A stretch of 63,472 bases of DNA, counting the filler, from Octopus bimaculoides (taxonomy: Eukaryota), in NCBI RefSeq assembly GCF_001194135.2. It is 6 parts of 5 records of this genome, joined end to end, with 100 filler letters (N's around TTAATTAATTAA, not from the genome) between each part and the next. Parts side by side here need not be neighbours in the genome. Positions count along the whole stretch, not along the records: positions 25,714 to 45,519 come from NC_068981.1; positions 45,620 to 47,366 come from NC_068993.1; positions 47,467 to 49,198 come from NW_026421949.1; positions 49,299 to 62,172 come from NC_068993.1; 2 more parts are not named here. One strand, given 5' to 3'. The translations under genes were made by a program, and so were the position numbers. A model generated the notes under the pieces. It was not told the origin of the DNA and searched no databases. It worked only from the letters and a program-made list of their open reading frames with translations. Within the stretch, counting starts at the first letter, position 1. Each line of letters opens with the position of its first letter. Shown here piece after piece: positions 39,653-52,987 of the stretch.

Positions 39653-39842
39653 AAGCTGCAAAGGCATCACAAAAACTGTTACTCAGAGTTTCACATTACT
39701 GTTCGTCGGAATGGGAATATGAAACTTTGAGTAACAGTTTTTGTGATGTCTTTGCAGCTTCATCAATAAAGCATATTACTCTACCTCCAGTATTCGAGTA
39801 CTATTTTTTTCGTTCTTGTTTCACATTTATTTGCTTACTCTG
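39653..39842. mobile_element. Fold-back element with a minimal HHR-like motif on each arm; probable Penelope-like terminal repeat
   Basis: Arms 39653-39694 and 39719-39760. Minus strand 39709-39676 reads CCGACGA-ACA-GTAA-TGT-GAAA-CTC-T-GAG-TA-ACAG. The plus arm reads GA-ATG-GGAA-TAT-GAAA-CTT-T-GAG-TA-ACAG. AATAAA at 39765-70. Confidence 0.55.
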
Positions 39843-39869
39843 ATATATGTATGCATATATATATACACA

Positions 39870-40035
39870 CACAAGTGGATGGAACATGTGGAAGTGGGAG
39901 ACCCAGGAATATATGAGGTGAAGTACTGAATAACGACCTCAGGAAGCTGGACCTTTCAGTTGAGATGACAAAAGACCGAAATACTTGGCTGTATTTAAGA
40001 AGACCCATACACCACAGTCAAGTGTTAAGACTGAT
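39870..40035 (+). mobile_element. RTE-clade LINE C-terminal fragment
   Basis: GRPR...NDLRKLDLSVEMTKDRNTW-like translation. Confidence 0.6.
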
Positions 40036-40290
40036 CCTTCTGGTGGAGTAAATCACTCATGGCAAGGCCATGTAAAAGCTTCTATGCTGTGCCATGAAAA
40101 AGCGTTCAGGACACTCAGTAAAATGGTTGGTGTTAGGAAAGGCATCCAGCCATTGAAACCATGCCAAATCAGACTGGAGTCTGGTGCAGCCCCACCCCAC
40201 CCCTGCCCAGCTTGCCAGCTCTGGTCACACCATCCAACCTACGCCAGCATGGATAATGGATGTTAAATAATGATGATGATGATGATGATG

Positions 40291-40336
<46 letters not shown>

Positions 40337-40784
40337 CACACGCACGCACACACACACACATGTATATACATATAAAAATACAGTCCTCCTCTTCATAACA
40401 TCTAATTTTCCATGCTGGCATGGATCAGATGGGATTCATTGAAGCAGACATTGTATGGTCAGATATTCTTTGTGCCACCAGCCCTTACCTGTTTGCATGC
40501 AAAATAATATTTCCCTGTGACTGGACATGTTTTCACAGAGGAGTTGAAACAAGGGACATTGTTTGTATGACAGCCATGCATTTTTATATCTATTATGTGA
40601 TACCAAAACAAGGAATCATCCCACCTCCAGACCCACACACACACATACTGGTGCAGGTGTAGCTGTGTAGTTAAGAAATTTGCCTTCCAATCCACATGGT
40701 TATGGGTTCAGTCCCTCAGTGTGGAACCTCAGTCAAGTGTTTCTAATGAAAGACTTGTGAGTGGATTTGGTAGGCAGAAGCCGG

Positions 40785-40847
<63 letters not shown>

Positions 40848-42589
40848 TGTATGTGTGTATGTGTGTGAGTGTGCTTGTATGAGTTTGTATGTGTATGCAT
40901 GGGTTTATGTATGTAACTTTCCCCTTGATTTGACATTGTGTAATAGTTGTAAATGAGCATCATACAAGTGATGCCCTTTGTTAACAATATTCTGTGAAAA
41001 CATGTCTGGCCACTTGGAACGAACTTGGGGTTGGTGACAGGTAGAGCATCTGGCCATAAAAAAAATCTACCTTAACAAAGTTCATTCAACCCATGCAAAC
41101 ATGGAAAAGTAAACGTTAAAATAGGGATGATGGTGATGATGGGATTCCTTCAGTTTCCATCGTTTCCACCAACGAGATTGTTAACTATGACTGCTACTTT
41201 TAGTATAAGGTCTTTACTTTCACCCTTATGAATATTCGGATAGATTAAAACATTTTAAAAGCTGCATTTTTTCTTAACCAAAGGGCTGTTTCTCAATGTT
41301 TTACATAATAAGAAAATATAGTCAACAGTTTGAAAAACTATATTCCTGCTATATACTTACATAGACACATGCATATGTATGTGTGTATATGTGCGTGCTT
41401 GTGTGTGTGGTTGTGTATGTGTCACTATAAACACTTAAGGAGTATGAAATGGAATTTTTTGTGTGCATTTGTGTACATTTTCTTAAATGACAATAAGTGT
41501 ATATATGCAGGTGTCTATTTACATATACATGCACACACACACACATGTGCACATGCACACACAAACACACGTCAAAATCAACATTCATCCCCACCATTAT
41601 CAGCAACATTGATACAACCACCATCAGTACTACAAGCAGCATAACTACTGTTACTGCCAATCCACCAACTTCTTAATGACCAACAACAATGACAGTAACA
41701 ATAGTATGAATAAGATAAGAAACTCTATCTAAAATAGTCAATCACATTAGTTAATATAGAACTCTAGTGTATTGCAAAAGTTGAACGAAATATCTTTGAT
41801 CTTAGGTCAATGAGGATTGACTTAGATTCAACAACAACAATGTAATTAACAAGAACAATATGACCACCACCACCACCACTGCCATCAGCAACAACAATAC
41901 TCCCACCCCATTATCACCACTACCACCACCATTTCCAAATGAATAACTTTTGAATAACTAATTGGCAACAACAACATATCAACATGATATCAATGCCTGT
42001 AGCTATGTATGTTGTATGTCGGCAAAACAGTGTGTGTGTGTGTGTGTGTGTGTGCATGCGTGCGTGAGAGAGAAAGAGAGGAGAGTTTGGGGTTTTTATG
42101 GCTTGAACTAGAGATACAAGGGGTGAAGTGCCCATAAATCTAATCACAGTCCTCCCAACTTACATTTTCTTTGGTTCATCTCATCTACAGGAGTAAAGCA
42201 AGAAATTTTGTGCTCTCTAAAACACTTCTTTCCTGGTGATATTTTTTTACTACATATTTGTTATGGATAATGGTCAGTTGATGTCACAGTTGGATTTACT
42301 TACAATTTCACAAGAGGCATTGAAAGAGGCCATCTAGTGGAATTTGAGGCTGTAGTGTGTGTGAAAAGGATTACAGTAAATATTAAATTCAATGTTTTAA
42401 AAAGCATGATGCTGGAGAAAAAATCAGCCTCATTACCAAACATTAAAAATTGCAATGTCTACAGTGGGAATAAAAGATGACAATAGAGACAATATTAAGT
42501 CAAGTGCTCAAGAACCTACATTTTACTTTAGTTTTTCATAAAACCTAATATTATGCTCAAACTGAAATGGCTTTTGAGTGTACGAATGA

Positions 42590-42965
42590 TGATAATTAAA
42601 AAAAGCCAGAAATTTGTATGATGATTTTCAGAACAAGGAAGGTGAAACGTCGTAAATAGTGGCTTGGTAAAAGAGAAAAAGCTCGGCCACAATCGAGAAG
42701 GGAACTTCATGGGAAAACAGTTCATCTCTCTATCTGGTGGGATTGCAAAAGAGTAATTCACTCTGAATTGTTACCACCTAATGCAACAATCAATGCTCAA
42801 GTCTACTGTCAGCAATTAGAGCGTTTGAACCAAGCTTTGAAGAAAAAAAAGGCACGCTTTAGTGCATCGAAAATGAGATCGAAGAAGATCGAAGAGCTTG
42901 GTTGGGAAAAAAATCCTCATCCACCTTATTCTCTCGACCTTGCTCCTTCAGATGATGTATTTTCA
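42590..42965 (+). mobile_element. Mariner (DD34D-type) transposase C-terminal remnant, internally deleted
   Basis: WDCKRVIHSELLPPNATINAQVYCQQLERL...ELGWEKNPHPPYSLDLAPSD. Confidence 0.8.
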
Positions 42966-44164
42966 TAATATGTGCAGTTCATTAGCACAATAGGACTTTG
43001 AGAGACAGGTGTTTGTTTTCATTGTGTGTCTCTTCAGGCATAACTACCCTGAATCAATGAATTAAGCGTTTGCTGATGTGTGCTGAAGACTGCTACACTG
43101 ATAATAATTCATCGGGTGCATGAGAAACAGAAAGAAACAATCTATTTATTCTTAATAAATTTTTGTAGATTCTAATGTACACATGCTGACTGCTGTTGAA
43201 GTTTGCCTTCGGAGAACATCTTTCATTGTTTCACAATTGATATTATATTAATTCAAATGTCTTCATGACTACTCATCAGCCAACTTTTAAAGTACAGTTG
43301 TATCACTTCTCTGTTACTTATGATTCTGCAGAGTATATTTAATCTGAAGGGAGATTTCAAAGACAGCAGTGGAATTTGAACTCATGTTTGCATTAATGGT
43401 CTAAGCTTAACCCACTCAATCAAAGTCATTATGTTTGCATGCATGTGTGTGTGTGTGAGTGAGCAAGCATATACATGTGTATATGTGAATATATACACAC
43501 ACACATATATATACATACATACACACATGTATATGTGTGAATGTATATATATGTGTGTACTTACATATGTACTTATATATGTGTATATCCATGTTTTATG
43601 TCAGCGTATGTACGCATATTATATATATTGTTAGATTTTTTTTTGTTTTGTAGATGTTCATCAACATATATAATTTTCATATCAATATGAAATCTTTTTA
43701 ATCATGGACTACTGATATCTTGTTTGATTATTTGCCAACTACTTCATATAATTTGAAGAGCTGTAATGAGCAAGAAAGGTTCAGAGGTGGCTGAGTCAAT
43801 AATGTTCCAGGCCATTGCCTAAAGTGTCAACAATTTGTGTCATCAGTTGTGTGTTTTTTATTTTGTCTCTATCTCATTCAATTTAAGCTGTGATAGAAAA
43901 GTGCAATGTGGTAAATAGTCTTAGCCGGATTGTTGAACTGACAAATACTGAAATGGTTTTTTTTACTGTACTTCTATGGTCGGATGCCTTTCCTATTGCC
44001 ACCCCTTACCAAATCTACTCAAGTCTTTGGTTGACCTGGGTTTATAGTAGAAGACTCTTGTGTCCAAGACACCATGCAGTAGGACTGAATCCAGAACCAT
44101 GTGTCTGGGAAGCAAACTTCTTACCACATAGGCGAGCCTATGTATATATATATATATATATACA

Positions 44165-44244
<80 letters not shown>

Positions 44245-45115
44245 CATTCGGTTAAAATATCTTACGGTTAAGTTGGTTCTTATGTATTTCCCTGAAGACA
44301 AGATTACATCTTTATCAACATCAGTCACACCCTTGGGAAGGAACCATTATATAAGAATTCATTTAACATATGCGTATTACTCCATTTATNNNNNNNNNNN
44401 NNNNNNNNNNNNNNNNNNNNNNNNNNNNNNNNNNNNNNNNNNNNNNNNNNNNNNNNNNNNNNNNNNNNNNNNNNNNNNNNNNNNNNNNNNNNNNNNNNNN
44501 NNNNNNNNNNNNNNNNNNNNNNNNNNNNNNNNNNNNNNNNNNNNNNNNNNNNNNNNNNNNNNNNNNNNNNNNNNNNNNNNNNNNNNNNNNNNNNNNNNNN
44601 NNNNNNNNNNNNNNNNNNNNNNNNNNNNNNNNNNNNNNNNNNNNNNNNNNNNNNNNNNNNNNNNNNNNNNNNNNNNNNNNNNNNNNNNNNNNNNNNNNNN
44701 NNNNNNNNNNNNNNNNNNNNNNNNNNNNNNNNNNNNNNNNNNNNNNNNNNNNNNNNNNNNNNNNNNNNNNNNNNNNNNNNNNNNNNNNNNNNNNNNNNNN
44801 NNNNNNNNNNNNNNNNNNNNNNNNNNNNNNNNNNNNNNNNNNNNNNNNNNNNNNNNNNNNNNNNNNNNNNNNNNNNNNNNNNNNNNNNNNNNNNNNNNNN
44901 NNNNNNNNNNNNNNNNNNNNNNNNNNNNNNNNNNNNNNNNNNNNNNNNNNNNNNNNNNNNNNNNNNNNNNNNNNNNNNNNNNNNNNNNNNNNNNNNNNNN
45001 NNNNNNNNNNNNNNNNNNNNNNNNNNNNNNNNNNNNNNNNNNNNNNNNNNNNNNNNNNNNNNNNNNNNNNNNNNNNNNNNNNNNNNNNNNNNNNNNNNNN
45101 NNNNNNNNNNNNNNN

Positions 45116-45519
45116 CCAGCAGGTGAACTACAGGGAGCGACTGCAGGCACTAGGTTTCTACTCCCTGGAATGCAGGCGGGAGAGATATGTAATAATATAC
45201 ATATGGAAAATACGCGAAGGACTGGTGCCGAACTTTGGCATCAAGTACTACAGGAATGCCCGCACCGGTCGCCACTGCATTGTGCCAAAGGTGCCGTCCA
45301 CTGCATCTCACATAAGAACAAGATACTGCAGCAGCCTCGGTTTCAGCTCTTCAATGCCCTGCCAAAACATTTGAGAGACCTGCAAGACACGGATGTGGAG
45401 GTCTTCATGACAAAACTCGACGCTTTCCTCTCCACGATACCAGACGAACCAATGGCTCGACATGAGACACAGTTTAGGGCAGCGATGTCAAATTCTCTTA
45501 TACACCAGATGTGCCATCA
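45116..45519 (+). mobile_element. CR1-group LINE 3' fragment, same family as 26690-27110
   Basis: YRERLQALGFYSLECRRERYVIIYIWKIREGLVPN...FNALPKHLRDL...FMTKLDAFLSTIPDEP...SNSLIHQM; bounded by gaps. Confidence 0.8.
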
Positions 45520-45763
45520 NNNNNNNNNNNNNNNNNNNNNNNNNNNNNNNNNNNNNNNNNNNNTTAATTAATTAANNNNNNNNNNNNNNNNNNNNNNNNN
45601 NNNNNNNNNNNNNNNNNNNGTGTGTGTGTGTGAGTGTGTGTGTGGTTACATGTTGGTTTTCTTAATGCTGCCTATTATCTCTGTGTGTGGTTATTGTCCA
45701 AAATCGAAGAAAAGTTTCCAGCGCAATATTTTAATTTTTTAGTTTCTATTGTTTTGCTTTTTG

Positions 45764-45916
45764 TTATTTTTCCAGGTCACTCCTGACTGAGCAGGTCTAT
45801 AAATAAAAGTATTCCACTGCTAACCATCCTATGTTTTTGTTTATGTATGTGTGTGCGTATGTATGTACGTACATACATACATACATACATACATACGCAC
45901 ATAAGTACATACACAC

Positions 45917-45947
<31 letters not shown>

Positions 45948-46027
45948 CATACACAAAAGATAGGATGGTTAGAAGTGGAATACTTTTATTCATAGTCCTG
46001 TTCGGTCAGGGGCCATCTGGAAAAATA
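45764..46027. repeat. Fold-back of a SINE 3' fragment centred on a TATG/CATA microsatellite palindrome
   Basis: taaaagtattccactgctaaccatcctatg vs ataggatggttagaagtggaatactttta; centre gtatgtacgtacatac. Confidence 0.75.
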
Positions 46028-46788
46028 GTGAGTGTGTGTGTATTAAGCTTACATTTTTCAATGTAACCGTTGTAGTTTAAGCTGACAGCAGGCTTGCATT
46101 TGAGAGAGATCTACCTGCTATTTCTAGAAAGTCAAATGAACTTGGTAGAAAAATCTTAGAACAGTTGCCGAGTAAATCAAGTAAATCCGTGTAAATCCGT
46201 AAATCAAAGCTGGCATGTAAGTAAATAAACAAATGAAAGAATAAATAAATAAAAATGCTTTGTAGTATTTTGTTTCATCCCTTTAATATTTTCGATTGAT
46301 AAAAATTTACCAATCAATTAGTGATGTCGATTAAATCGGTTATTATTTTTACCCAAGAGGTGATCTCATTCTGCTGGGTAGTGAATGCTATACTTTAATC
46401 GGTTACATCTATTAGAAATCAAACTCAGCAAGGGCCTCACTTTGATTTTTGCCTGATTGACTTTGACAGACGCAGTACCAGTAATATATAAAGTACATTT
46501 CGATTTTCCATACCATCGTCACATCAGAATTGGTGTCATGAGCCAAAGTTATAAATAATTATTGAATTATCTTACTGAGGATGCGCAATTGGCAGAATCG
46601 TTAGCGCGTCGGAAAATACCTTGAAGGATTTGTTGTGGATCTTTATGATCTGGATTCCTTCCCCTCTGGTATCAACAGATTTGCCTTTCAACTTTTCACG
46701 AGTTCATAAGCTGAAGTACCAATGAAGTACCGGAGTGGGCTTTATGCTATCAACTAACACATTACATATATGAATATAAATATATATT

Positions 46789-46850
<62 letters not shown>

Positions 46851-47647
46851 TGTGTGTGTGTGTGTCCGAGCGTTAGTTCGCATATGGATGTATATGTGAA
46901 CCAGCATGTATGTGTACGTATAGGCCGAATCATAAAGGTCAGCTAAGAACAATCGCATGTGTAACCAACTATGAATAACAAATCAACAGTACAAAGAAAT
47001 CAAATGTTAATTCCTGGCAACCACTTTCACAGTAACAGAATCACCATCCCACTACATTTACATATTCAAAACAGTTTGCCTCGGTCCTTCAACAACAACA
47101 CACCCTGATAAGCTCAGTAATTACTGCTTAATTCAGGCCGCGACAGACTGAGAGACTGTTGTTTAAACCGAGAATTTGAACTTACGGAGACAATATTTAC
47201 ATATCACCTGAGGAAACACTACTAGATCTCATAATGCAGGGAAGCGGTTGCATAATCATGTACCTGCATGTCTGGAGAATTACGCTGCGCAGAAACAACT
47301 GTAGTAGTTAAAAAATAAATGTCCACCCGTACTTCTTGTTGACTCTAATATTTTCAATGATATATANNNNNNNNNNNNNNNNNNNNNNNNNNNNNNNNNN
47401 NNNNNNNNNNTTAATTAATTAANNNNNNNNNNNNNNNNNNNNNNNNNNNNNNNNNNNNNNNNNNNNCTACACAATATCTAATATGTCGGTATTATAAAAT
47501 CAAACTGCTGACAAATGGTAGATGCACCACCCTAAGACTATAACAGAGGGAGAAAATGTAACCATTCTTTGGGACTTCCCAGTATGTACGGAGCGGACCG
47601 TTAAAGCAAACAAATCAGATATCGTTGTGAAAGACCANNNNNNNNNN

Positions 47648-48677
47648 AGACGCAGATCGTCTTTACCTACACAGAGCTCAAGGAGGTCTAGGCTTAATCC
47701 AATTTAAAATCTCCCACAAAACCATCACAGTTGAACTGATAACATCTTGAAACATCTAATGACTGGATGCTAAAAATCGTTGAAGACAGACCATGAAACA
47801 CGTAAGAAGCTACATCTGTTATGAAAGAAAGCAAAATATTTTCAAGTGAGTATATGCATAATACCCAGGTTTGACTGCATGATGGAATTGCAGCAACTGT
47901 AGTTGCAAAGAAGGTTAAATCAATAGCAAAGCAAAATGCATTTGAACAATGGACTGATACGTGGGAACAAAATCCTCTGCATGGCAAATATGTGGCCCGT
48001 ACCAAACAGCTGATCTAGACCAAAAGCACACCCATCAGTGGCTACGGAGCTCAGGACTAAAGACAGAGAATGAAAGCTTTATCTTTGCTGCCCAAGATCA
48101 GAACTTATTGACCCGGAACTATCAAGTCAATGTGATGGAAAATGTTGTAGACCCAAAGTGTCGATACTGCAACAATGTGATAGAAACAGTGAGCCACCTG
48201 ATCTCTGGATGTAAGGTTTTAGCACCTGTAGAGTACAAATCAAGATATGACAGAGTACACCAATTTCTACACAATATCTAATATGTCGGTATTATAAAAT
48301 CAAACTGCTGACAAATGGTAGATGCACCACCCTAAGACTATAACAGAGGGAGAAAATGTAACCATTCTTTGGGACTTCCCAGTATGTACGGAGCGGACCG
48401 TTAAAGCAAACAAATCAGATATCGTTGTGAAAGACCAAAACAATAAATATTGATTGACAGGAGCACACCCTGTGGCCATAATATCTCGCCAAAAGAATTT
48501 GATAAGCTCAGAAAATTTAAAGATTTGCTAATCGAAATCGAAAAGATGTGGCACCTCAAGACAGTTAGAATACCAGTGGTTGTAGGAACACTTGGAATGA
48601 TCAAAAAAGGAACTGAAAATTATTTAAGAATGATCTCTGGTTTACCATTCATAGTGGAAATGCAAAAGATTGTCTTA
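47648..48677 (+). mobile_element. Decayed R4/Dong-like RLE non-LTR retrotransposon, second family
   Basis: ADRLYLHRAQGGLGLI, AAQDQNLLTRNY, CRYCNNVIETVSHLISGC, ILWDFPV, ANKSDIVV, IPVVVGTLG. Stops and frameshifts; abuts (ATT)n. Confidence 0.88.
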
Positions 48678-48751
<74 letters not shown>

Positions 48752-48755
48752 CATT
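48678..48755. repeat. (ATT)n microsatellite
   Basis: Direct reading; similar tracts at 23370-23498 and 37580-37647. Confidence 0.95.
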
Positions 48756-49092
48756 ATGGGATTGATGTTACTTTTCCAGAAAGTAAAGAAACAATAAAGA
48801 AGAGTGCGACTGATATCAAATGAATAGTATTTCGACATCTCATGTGTCTTCCACAGGTTCACAAATAAACTTGTCAATCTACTGTGGAAGACACATGAGA
48901 TGTCGAAATACTGTTCATTTGATAACAGTCGCACTCTTCTTTATTGTTTCATTACTTTCTGGAGGAGTAACATCAATCCTATAAATATTAACAAAATGAA
49001 GTAGATTGACAAGTTTATTTTTGAACTTGTGGAAGACACAGGAGATGTCGAAATATTGTTCATTTGATAACAGTCTCACTCTTCTTTATTGC
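48756..49092. mobile_element. Inverted plus partial-tandem repeat with three degenerate minimal HHR-like motifs; probable Penelope-like or retrozyme-like terminal repeat
   Basis: 48756-48856 is inverted against 48882-48982; the plus-strand unit repeats at 145-bp spacing (48882 and 49027). Consensus of the copies: TGAAC-CTGTGGA-A-GACA-7nt-TGTC-GAAA-TAT-T-GTTCA. Confidence 0.55.
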
Positions 49093-51160
49093 TTAAAAAT
49101 AATAACAACAAAAACGGGCTACTCGACCTGAAGAAAATTCTAGCTGGACCCTACCTGCAAGGTCATGTGCCGTTTATCTTGATATGAGATCACCGTGTNN
49201 NNNNNNNNNNNNNNNNNNNNNNNNNNNNNNNNNNNNNNNNNNTTAATTAATTAANNNNNNNNNNNNNNNNNNNNNNNNNNNNNNNNNNNNNNNNNNNNTA
49301 TATATATATGTATGTATATATATATATATAATATATATTATCTTCCTGTGAATAAGAACGCATTTATCGACGTAGTGACATCTGGAGAAATCTTTGTACT
49401 TAGACAGGCTACATATTTGATCAGTCTTTGAGCATAATCTTCTTTGTCATGCATAGTAGCGCAGTTTATTGTGCCATCTCTATATAATCGCATGTTTCGA
49501 AAATTTTACAAGTGATGGTGAATACGGTAACATATTCTTTCAAAGTTCAGACCAATTTTGTTATATTCGTCTTCTATATATTTCTGAATAGGAAGACGTA
49601 TGGTCGAAGTTTTGCCGTATGAATTTAACTTTTAAGCGTACCTACGTCGTGTTAATGCCAATATTAATATAAAGATTAGTGGTGGTAAATTCTGCTTTGT
49701 AGCTAATCGCTTCCTACCTGAACGACTGAATAGGGTTACGCATTTGTATTTCTCTGCGCTCAAATAGTCTCAGTTATTTGCAGGTCTTTTCCTTGGTCTT
49801 TAGTCTTGTCCTAGGTATCAAGTCTTTGATGCATAAGTAGAATCTTTGCATCTGAATTTTGTGTTAATTCTATTGGATGTTTTCCGTAATGGTGATTAAA
49901 AGGAAAAAGGAAATGTTTATGTCTTAAGGCTATGAAGATTTTAGAAATATTAGATTTAACATTTAAAGAAAGACATGAACGAAATAATATTACGTCGATT
50001 TTTTCTTCCTTTTGAATGGCGGAGATTTACTAGCGATGAGTATGGGCCATTGTGTGTTAGATTTATTCATGTGTACAAGGCCATTAGAATATTTCTTATA
50101 CATTTACAACATTATAATGATTTCAGTTATCTTTCTTTTCGATCTTATACGCATACACTCAAGACCGACTTACACACATGCATACATACAAACTCACACT
50201 AGTATATTTAAGTCTGTATATCCAGAAGCCTATACATAAATACATACATACTAACCAATTTATATACATACAGTCAAAGAGAGAGAGAGAGACAGAGAGT
50301 GAGAGAGAAAGAGAAAGAGAAAGAGAAATAGAGAGAGAGACTGAGAGAAGAGAGATAGAGAGAGTGAGTGAAACAGAGAGTGAGAGAAAGAGAGAGTGAG
50401 AGAGAGAGAAAATGCACACTCATATGAATAAGTTATTTAATAGCGATGTTAACGCGTAATGGTTTCCTTTATATTTCGGCTTTGCTTTTCAATCCCTGCC
50501 AACAGCAAAGCCTTACTGTTTGCTTCAGAGCATCTGTTTGAATGCAGCTGTAAGTCTTATCTCAACAGACTTATTCTGTTGGGTAGCTTAACGGAATGAC
50601 TGCCGACTTCAGCTCTCGTATTCATGTAGATAAAGTGTGCTTCCAATCTTTCATGCTGAAAGAATGTATTAAAGACGAAAGAACAGAAAGTTATTGATTA
50701 AATTGCAAGAAAGACGGTATTGCTTTCTCAGATACAAACAGAAAACCACAACAAAGTGAAACGAAAGTTCCCCTCAATCAATTATTTGCATCAAGACCTT
50801 TTGCTTAACAATCTCTTGCGTCTCGTAAATCTAATTACATTTGAAGCCTAAATACAAAGAGGCGAATAGATACAGGAAAAAAAAAACTCCGTATAGCTAC
50901 AATGATAGGTAGATATAAACACTGATTAGCTAAATAGATATAATGATAAGTAAAAAGATAAATAGATTTTAGAGAATACGTTGATATAAAGATGTATGTT
51001 TATGACAGTTTCCTTTTATAGGTAACAGACAGGATTAGAAAATAAAATAGAAAGGCTAAATACAGGTGATGAAATGAAAAGCAAGAAAAATCACTTTTAT
51101 TTTAATTATTATGGTTCTTTGAGACATAAACTAAATAATATCTTCGTTTATATATATATA

Positions 51161-51550
51161 GGCGTAGGAGTGGCTGTGTGGTAAGTAGCTTGCTTACCAA
51201 CTACATGGTTCCGGGTTCAGTCCCACTGCGTGGCACCTTGGGCAAGTGTCTTCTACTATAGCCTCGGGCCAACCAAAGCCTTGTGAGTGAATTTGGTAGA
51301 CGGAAACTGAAAGAAGCCCGTCGTATATATGTATATATATATATGTATGTGTATTTGTGTATCTGTGTTTGTCCCCCAACCATCGCTTGACAATCGATAC
51401 AGGTGTGTTTACGTCCCCGTAACTTAGCGGTTCGGCAAAAAGAGACCGATAGAATAAGTACTAGGCTTACAACGAATAAGTCCTGGAATCGATTTGCTCG
51501 ACTAAAGGCGGTGCTCCAGCATGGCCGCAACTCTAAGCTGAAACTATAAA
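51161..51550 (+). mobile_element. tRNA-headed CORE-type composite SINE, near-consensus copy
   Basis: Head ggcgtaggagtggctgtgtggtaag...ccgggttcagtcccactgcgtggcaccttgggcaagtgtctt (A/B-box-like plus MIR-CORE-like), internal TA microsatellite, second module ending gactaaaggcggtgctccagcatggccgca. CpGs retained. Confidence 0.85.
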
Positions 51551-51779
51551 CAAACAACAACGAGAGTAACATGATAGGAATGAGAAAGATTTATTTGATT
51601 CAGCAGATCACAGCATTTGATTACTATTTTATCGAGAGCAGAGTCCGATAATATTGAAACCATGTCTGAGATGAAGGCTCGTTTCAATTCCTTTAACACT
51701 TCATATCCGAGGGGCTGCTGGCTTTAAGGGTATTCAAGAAGTCTGGTTGCAGGCTCCACCCTTTTAGAGTTCTTTTACA

Positions 51780-52500
51780 GGGCGTAGAAAAACCGAAGGG
51801 TCGCTGTATTAAGTGTGTGAGTCTGCAAGGAGAATATGTTGAATAAAATCATAATTAACAGATGCTCCTGTATTTCTTTTCCCCCAAAGCCTTCAGATCA
51901 TCTTTGCTGTTACAAGGGGTTTTATTAGCCTCTCACTCAACTGCGTCCTACACATAACAATCAAGGGGTTGCAGTCTGGGGAGTTAGGTGGCCAGATGTT
52001 AGAGGTGATGTGGTCGCAGAAATTGTCTGGCAGCCATAACTGAGTTCTCCTGCTTGTGAGGCATGGTGCAGAGTTCTGTTACCAGACATAGAGTCATCCA
52101 GCAGCAATCCCCTAAACCCAGGGCAGCATTACCTTCTCCAGCCACTTCATGTAAGCCTCCGTGTTGAACCTGAGACCATTAGGGACGATGAGTGGAGGCA
52201 TAACGTCACCATCACTCCAGCACCTTGATGTTGACTGGATGTTTGATTTTTATCTCTCTCGGTACATGACCTCAGATTACACTGTACTCACGTTGACACT
52301 CAAATACTCTGAAATGTTCGTATTGGAGTGGGAATGCCAAGCAGTACTGCATATTGTTTCCAAATTTCTGGCAGAGTGAATTGCGTCATAGTGCCCAACT
52401 GACTCTACTATACTGTGTAGTCGACAAAATCAAAAGCAAACAATGCAAATGCGCAAAATAAAAAAATATAAAATGGTGACAATTTACCCATTGTAGCCTG
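51780..52500 (-). mobile_element. Decayed, internally deleted DD37D (maT-type) element
   Basis: Minus strand W*QNSAPCLTSRRTQLWLPDNFCDHITSNIWPPNSPDCNPLD gives 37 residues between the D2 position (now N) and D3. Ends are approximate. Confidence 0.82.
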
Positions 52501-52987
52501 TATTCACACATGGACACATACACACATACACCCCCATACATAATTATGCACCTTCACTCATATATGAATATCTATCTATCTATCTATTTATATGCAAACA
52601 TGCATACATACATACATATATATATATGTGTACACAAACACACACACACACACAAACACACACACGCATATGTATATATATAGATATGAAATTAAAATAG
52701 ACAGCAGCTTGCAATACTTTGCCAAAAAGGAAAACTACAATTATCACTGAATATGTCTGGGGTATTAGAAACACCTATATTGCGAAAAATAAGAGCTGAA
52801 ATGCTCTAATGCTGTAGTGACAGCAGCACAAAATTACATACATATATATTGACAAGGCGCTGTAACCGCCCGGTGTTTTCAGTATATATGTATATAATTA
52901 TGAATTTCGACTACAAAATTAGAGCGTTTTAGCTCTTATTTCTAGCAATATAGGTCTTTCTACTACTCTATTTAATATATATATATA

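Noticed and set aside
46575-46620. CTGAGGA-TGCGC...GCGCG-TCGGAAA
   Set aside because: The spacing does not place GAAA next to stem II, and the sequence is a tRNA-derived SINE head.
47467-47637. 171-bp exact copy of 48267-48437
   Set aside because: Identical sequence isolated between a spacer and a 10-N gap; contig overlap artefact.
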